A stretch of 10,631 nucleotides of DNA from a virus (taxonomy: Duplodnaviria; Heunggongvirae; Uroviricota; Caudoviricetes): IMG/VR virus record IMGVR_UViG_2703718802_000006. One strand, 5' to 3'. Below are positions 7,059 to 10,631 of this stretch, one piece after another. The translations under genes and the position numbers were made by a program. A model generated the notes under the pieces. It saw nothing but the letters and a program-made list of their open reading frames with translations, was not told the origin of the DNA and did not search any database. How positions within the stretch are numbered: position 1 is the stretch's first letter; each line of letters starts with the position of its first letter.

Positions 7059-8090
7059 TTAAGCAGTGATGGTGATCTTCACTTGCATACCTAACGCATG
7101 GTTCACTGGTAATGCGCTGTTTTCGTGCATAACGTGGTAAGCATCGCCGCGCTCGCTCAGGTAGCCCCAAGAGTAGTATTCAGCAGGTGCAGCATCGATC
7201 AGCGCGAAGTTGCCAGAGGCAGCGCCGTAGATGTTCTGATAAGCATTTGTGCCTTTACTGAATACCGGAACCGCCACCATGTCAGCATCATCTGGCATCT
7301 GTGCAAGGATCAGCGGATCTGTCACTTTAACAATGTCGATAGGCGCACCAGGTAGGCTAAACGTACTAACACCAGGGAGAAGCTCGTGACGCTGGTAGAA
7401 TAGGTTACGGTCGTCATATGGCGCTACATACTGGAACGCCTTAGACATACTGTCAGAGAAGCGAATCTGGCTAAATGCAGCAGGTTTAGCGAATACGATC
7501 ACTCGTTCAATCTGTCCAGCCAATCCACCTGCGGCAGCCTGAACTTTGTCTAAGATGGCATCAAAATCCTGTGCCGCTGTCGCTGTGCTCACGCTGGCTG
7601 TCATTGGCACCACACCGAACAGTTCAGCATAAGAGATCAGTAGGTCATCAGTTGCAGGCGTATAAACTTCACCTTTGAACAGAGCACGGGCCAGGTAGGA
7701 TTCACGGGTACGAAGATAGGCAATCTTATGTTTCCCTGTGTACTCGGTGTACAGGTCGGTAACGGTTTGCTCGTAGTCCGTGCCTTGCACCCTTTTCCCT
7801 TGTACGTCTACTGGTTTGAAGGTGTCTTCCCTCGCAAACCAAGGGATCTCCACCAAATATTCTTTACCATTCTGACGCGCGGTAGTGTCGTGGCTTGATG
7901 AATAACGACTCTGCGGGGTGTTAAACAGGCTGTAGTTATCATCCAGAAGCTGTGTCACCACCACTTTCGGATTCTGAACACCTACCCCGTCGAAGAGGTC
8001 GAGAGCATTCATAAGATAGTTACGTTCCGGCAGAGCCTGGAAGATTGGCGCTAAATCGACCATCTCACGCCCAATTGCGATTTTACTCAT
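7059..8090 (-). CDS. Phage major capsid protein (lambda gpE-like family), 343 aa
   Basis: ATG at 8090 with AAGGAAG SD. Size (343 aa) and sequence character fit E-type major capsid proteins, and it sits immediately downstream of a gpD-like decoration gene (D-then-E order as in lambda). Strong terminator downstream. Confidence 0.75.
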   Translation of the reverse strand: MSKIAIGREMVDLAPIFQALPERNYLMNALDLFDGVGVQNPKVVVTQLLDDNYSLFNTPQSRYSSSHDTTARQNGKEYLVEIPWFAREDTFKPVDVQGKRVQGTDYEQTVTDLYTEYTGKHKIAYLRTRESYLARALFKGEVYTPATDDLLISYAELFGVVPMTASVSTATAAQDFDAILDKVQAAAGGLAGQIERVIVFAKPAAFSQIRFSDSMSKAFQYVAPYDDRNLFYQRHELLPGVSTFSLPGAPIDIVKVTDPLILAQMPDDADMVAVPVFSKGTNAYQNIYGAASGNFALIDAAPAEYYSWGYLSERGDAYHVMHENSALPVNHALGMQVKITITA

Positions 8091-8106
8091 TATTTATCTT
8101 CCTTGA

Positions 8107-8466
8107 TTAAGAGGTGAAGAATGGACGGCATACGAACCCTTTGGATTCGAGCGTGGTGATAGCTGCGGCGTGATTAGCTGCGTGCAGGTTGTCGGCTTTC
8201 AGTGCTACGAAGCTGCCAACATTAGGCGCACGTAGGACATTCACGGTTTTACCGTCGCCAGCACTCACGAAATCACTTACCACCACAAAGGCATCATCGC
8301 CGGAGGTGTATAGAGCGCCATCAGCGCCGATAACATCGCCGCATTCAATATCTGCTGGCAGGTCGAAAACACGGCCTTCTACGACTGCAAAAGAATCAGT
8401 GGCGTAGCTCACTACGTCAGTGAAACTCTTACGAATTGGGAAAAGTTCGGTTAGGTCTACAATCAT
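8107..8466 (-). CDS. Putative head decoration protein (lambda gpD-like), 119 aa
   Basis: ATG at 8466 overlaps the stop of the upstream 71-aa ORF (ATGA), with AAGGAA SD. Small Gly/Ala/Val-rich beta-type protein directly preceding the major capsid gene. Assignment is by position and composition only. Confidence 0.5.
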   Translation of the reverse strand: MIVDLTELFPIRKSFTDVVSYATDSFAVVEGRVFDLPADIECGDVIGADGALYTSGDDAFVVVSDFVSAGDGKTVNVLRAPNVGSFVALKADNLHAANHAAAITTLESKGFVCRPFFTS

Positions 8467-8678
8467 TGTTGTTTGATTTCCTTGGATTTGATTGCGATCC
8501 GTTCCTGCATACTAAGTTGAGGTGTGTCCTCAGAAGGGAAATACTGGTCTACAGCTTTTTCTATTTCTTCAACGGTACATCCTGCCATTTCAGCCACTTT
8601 AGCTATTAACTCAGGATTAACTTGAATCACTTCGGATTTGTATTTTAGGATTCGGTCGCGATTGTTTATTAAGAACAT
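8463..8678 (-). CDS. Hypothetical 71-aa protein, first gene of the capsid operon; possible HTH-like segment (LIAKVAEMAGCTVEEIEKAV)
   Basis: ATG at 8678 with GAAGGAACAACACA upstream. Four-nt overlap with the decoration gene start. Function unknown. Confidence 0.5.
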   Translation of the reverse strand: MFLINNRDRILKYKSEVIQVNPELIAKVAEMAGCTVEEIEKAVDQYFPSEDTPQLSMQERIAIKSKEIKQQ

Positions 8679-8747
8679 TGTGTTGTTCCTTCGCGTTATA
8701 ACTGCGTTTATCCTTCCATTAATAACGGAAGTGTTACATGCAGATTG

Positions 8748-8771
8748 TTAAAAAGGGGCGATTAAGCCCCT
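8748..8771 (-). terminator. Rho-independent terminator (minus strand) at the 3' end of the ~670-bp non-coding region, just upstream of the capsid operon promoter
   Basis: Minus strand reads AGGGGC-ttaatc-GCCCCT followed by TTTT (stem 8771-8766 / 8759-8754, T-tract 8753-8750). Confidence 0.6.
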
Positions 8772-9347
8772 GGAGAATATGCCCTTGTTAGAAAGCATTC
8801 TGTTAAAATCATTTTCGTTTCGGAGGATTATGATGTTAAAGAAAGGTTTCTTGAAAAAATGAAGGGCGCAACTGTTACGAATAACAGAAGTAGGATCGCC
8901 CGTCATTGCTCCCACTTCAAAACAGAAGCCCTTCTGTCATGGCGAGAAGTGGGAATGGAATTTCTTATCACCCTGGAATAGTAATAAGAGATTGCCAGCC
9001 TGAACGTAACTACCACTGACGGCGTTTATTCAGTCTGACTGCTTATAATCCTAACGGGGTTATAAGGTTTAGAGCACGGAATATGCTCTCTGAAAGAGAA
9101 TGTGCGCGGTGATTGTTCGTTACCACCCGACACAAGTGGGAACGCCCGCGCCACCCTTTGGAACTAAACACAACAAAGGAAAACAACCAGCTTTCAGAGA
9201 GGATATTCAATGGGAGAGAGCGCCGCCTATGGGAAACGGCATTCTCAGGGAGTGCGTATTGTTATACGAGGGTGGAGTGATTCTAATACCTACCCTATAA
9301 CTTATTATGACACAAATAGCACAATATGTCAAGATATTTCGTAATAT

Positions 9348-9686
9348 TTATGTTATAGCGCATTCTTCCGCGATCTGGATGGCAAGCTCTCCGAGTTCAA
9401 CGGTGATGTGTTCCATAGCGAGGGCAAGCTCCTCCATATCATTGGCAATGCGCCACGCCTGATCCACGGTGACGGTATCCCCGTTCATCTGCACCAGGTG
9501 CTCTACAGCAGCATTCCAGTGTTCAAGGGCGGTGATTGCCTGTTCAGTGTATTGCAGCGCTTCCAGGAGCGCGGAGGGCGTTCTCTCACACCACGCCCTA
9601 TTAACAAGCCACAGGGCTGGTAGATGCCAAATATCGTGGAAATAGTTAATTAGGGTGTTCATGGTGTCCATAGTTTTATTATTCAT
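9348..9686 (-). CDS. Hypothetical 112-aa acidic, predicted helical protein (second gene of a coupled pair)
   Basis: ATG at 9686-9684 preceded by AAGGAA (7-nt spacer). Its start overlaps the stop of the upstream 127-aa gene as ATGAATAA. The 161-aa track ORF from 9833 is an out-of-frame extension into the 127-aa gene and is rejected. Confidence 0.5.
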   Translation of the reverse strand: MNNKTMDTMNTLINYFHDIWHLPALWLVNRAWCERTPSALLEALQYTEQAITALEHWNAAVEHLVQMNGDTVTVDQAWRIANDMEELALAMEHITVELGELAIQIAEECAIT

Positions 9687-10062
9687 TGTTGTTTTCCTTG
9701 TCGTCAAAGAGAATATCAAAATCTTGTATGTGGTGAGATAAGCCGTTAGTTTGGGAATACCCCACCCAGTCAACATAGTTTTCTGCGTATAGCTGCCACT
9801 TCTTAAGATTCGATGAATCAACACGGTATTCACGGCGGCGGCGTGGTTTATAGAAGACGTTATCCGAAGATGCTAAAACATCCTGCAATAGTTCAAACTC
9901 TGCCCCTACGGGCACCGTTGCAGGGTATTCTATTATTTCGGTGATCCATTCTCCTGGAATAGACTCTCGTGCGAGGTCTTGTAGAGAAGAGGTGTATTTA
10001 CGTTTGCTGGCGCGAGTGGCTTTTTCGATTCTAACAATGTTACTTCGTTCTTTTCGTCCCAT
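9679..10062 (-). CDS. Hypothetical 127-aa protein with basic N-terminus and acidic C-terminal tail
   Basis: ATG at 10062 with GAGGAA SD. N-terminus is Arg/Lys-rich (MGRKERSNIVRIEKATRASKRKY), there is an internal KPRRRREYR stretch, and the tail is acidic (FDDKENNNE). Stop TAA at 9681-9679 overlaps the next gene. Confidence 0.5.
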   Translation of the reverse strand: MGRKERSNIVRIEKATRASKRKYTSSLQDLARESIPGEWITEIIEYPATVPVGAEFELLQDVLASSDNVFYKPRRRREYRVDSSNLKKWQLYAENYVDWVGYSQTNGLSHHIQDFDILFDDKENNNE

Positions 10063-10076
10063 TCATTCCTCGTAGA

Positions 10077-10161
10077 GGGAAACTTCCGTGTTTTCTCGTT
10101 AATGTCCATACTGCGTAAAATGCAAATAACCAATACATAGCGATGATCATAAAAGTTTCCC
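10077..10161. promoter_or_regulatory. Pair of 9-bp inverted repeats (GGGAAACTT / AAGTTTCCC) bracketing the intergenic promoter region upstream of the 127-aa/112-aa pair
   Basis: GGGAAACTT at 10077-10085 and its exact reverse complement AAGTTTCCC at 10153-10161, 67 bp apart, inside the 109-bp gap between the 94-aa gene stop and the 127-aa gene start. Confidence 0.35.
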
Positions 10162-10171
10162 TATTGTGTGT

Positions 10172-10456
10172 TTAGAAATTAGAGTAGATAAATTCTACAT
10201 TGTCTCGTTCGATGTGTTTCAGCGTGAATGATAGATAATGGCTTTCATCGTCGATATCGATCACACCAATGTTGCGCAGCGCACGAAGCCAGAATCTGAT
10301 CCCGTTATCACTTACACTGGATTTATCAGATAGCTCTCCGTAAGAAATTTTAGTTTTTCTGCCCTTCCAGAACCAGATAAGCGCATAATAAACGCCCTTC
10401 CCGCTATCGTTGATCTGTATCTGGTTTGTGTTGTTCAATTTTATGTATTGTATCAA
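10172..10456 (-). CDS. Hypothetical 94-aa protein, putative winged-helix-type DNA-binding regulator; TTG start
   Basis: The ORF contains no ATG or Met codon. Its first codon is TTG (10456-10454), preceded by a perfect AGGAGG SD with a 5-nt spacer. The segment ISYGELSDKSSVSDNGIRFWLRALRNIGVI resembles a recognition helix plus wing. AT-rich. Confidence 0.5.
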   Translation of the reverse strand: MIQYIKLNNTNQIQINDSGKGVYYALIWFWKGRKTKISYGELSDKSSVSDNGIRFWLRALRNIGVIDIDDESHYLSFTLKHIERDNVEFIYSNF

Positions 10457-10469
10457 TTAGTCCTCCTGA

Positions 10470-10601
10470 TTAGTTCCAGTGGCGTTGTATTGTGGCGATC
10501 CCTTTCTTCATTAGTTCAGCCGTTTGTCTTTGGGTCAATCCTTTGGATTTGTGTTCCTGTACTTCTTTACGGGTGTTGTTACCTTTAACTTTCTTTCTCA
10601 C
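10470..10601 (-). CDS. Possible 43-aa helix-turn-helix small protein (GTG start), very tentative
   Basis: Minus-strand ORF from GTG at 10601 to TAA at 10472-10470 translates to MRKKVKGNNTRKEVQEHKSKGLTQRQTAELMKKGIATIQRHWN. The segment LTQRQTAELMKKGIATIQRHW has a helix-turn-helix pattern. No good SD and a non-ATG start; below the ORF track size cut-off. Confidence 0.25.
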   Translation of the reverse strand: MRKKVKGNNTRKEVQEHKSKGLTQRQTAELMKKGIATIQRHWN

Positions 10602-10631
10602 TTTCTAGACTGGCCCCCTGAATCTCCAGAC

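Larger units (their letters stand above)
2857..10631. mobile_element. Integrated prophage-like / phage-satellite-like element inserted at a tRNA-Thr attachment site; partial, distal end beyond the window
   Basis: Bounded on the left by the tRNA 3'-end core repeat, with an integrase gene 140 bp inside. Base composition is visibly lower in GC than the pao flank and several genes are strongly AT-rich. Contains phage capsid-module genes. All element genes other than int are on the minus strand. Confidence 0.75.

Noticed and set aside
9100-9300. Plus-strand 66-aa ORF inside the large non-coding region, with a TATAAT about 50 nt upstream
   Set aside because: No usable Shine-Dalgarno at a sensible spacing, Pro/Gly-rich low-complexity translation, and it lies in a region where every real gene of the element is on the other strand. 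More likely the region acts as RNA or DNA signals than as protein.
9687-9833. N-terminal extension of the 112-aa ORF (track ORF 9348..9833, 161 aa)
   Set aside because: It would overlap the 3' 150 nt of the 127-aa gene out of frame. The internal ATG at 9686 has an AAGGAA SD and forms the classic ATGAATAA coupling overlap.
41-10133. Shadow ORFs overlapping stronger genes on the opposite strand or in another frame (51..251, 464..703, 733..1077, 1754..1996, 1944..2396, 2073..2321, 2305..2808, 3490..3711, 4533..4760, 5203..5424, 5909..6169, 6514..6780, 6781..7062, 6928..7170, 7125..7355, 8189..8407, 9408..9623, 9933..10133)
   Set aside because: Each lies inside or antisense to a longer ORF with better start context and protein-like composition. 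Their translations are low-complexity or Arg/Pro/Cys-rich, typical of spurious frames.
1-10631. CRISPR array, insertion sequence or transposase, retron
   Set aside because: No regularly spaced direct repeats with unique spacers, no terminal inverted repeats flanking a transposase-like ORF, and no reverse-transcriptase-like ORF next to the structured non-coding region.

Overview
The window joins two different kinds of DNA. Positions 1-2730 are GC-rich core chromosome that reads as the E. coli-type pao locus: the 3' part of paoC, then paoD, then a 136-codon LysR-type remnant (yagP-like). At 2857-2875 the minus strand carries a 19-nt copy of the 3' end of a tRNA-Thr (thrW-type) with no tRNA body, which I read as the attR core of an integrated element. 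Everything from there to the window edge (at least 7.8 kb, right end not in window) is a lower-GC prophage-like or satellite-like element. It encodes a tyrosine integrase (+ strand), then on the minus strand: an AT-rich two-gene small-protein cassette, a 623-aa tape-measure-like protein coupled to a 65-aa ORF, a major capsid protein (lambda gpE-like call), a gpD-like decoration protein, a 71-aa ORF, a ~670-bp structured non-coding region, a translationally coupled 127-aa/112-aa pair, a 94-aa TTG-initiated putative DNA-binding protein and a possible 43-aa HTH ORF. No terminase, portal, prohead protease or tail tube/sheath genes are visible, so the element is either a decayed prophage or a capsid-encoding satellite-type island. 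The best candidates for uncharacterised function are the two small-gene cassettes (4265-4730 and 9348-10062) and the orphan capsid module. No CRISPR array, rRNA, intact tRNA or IS element was seen. All functional calls rest on sequence reading and memory of protein families; no database search was run.
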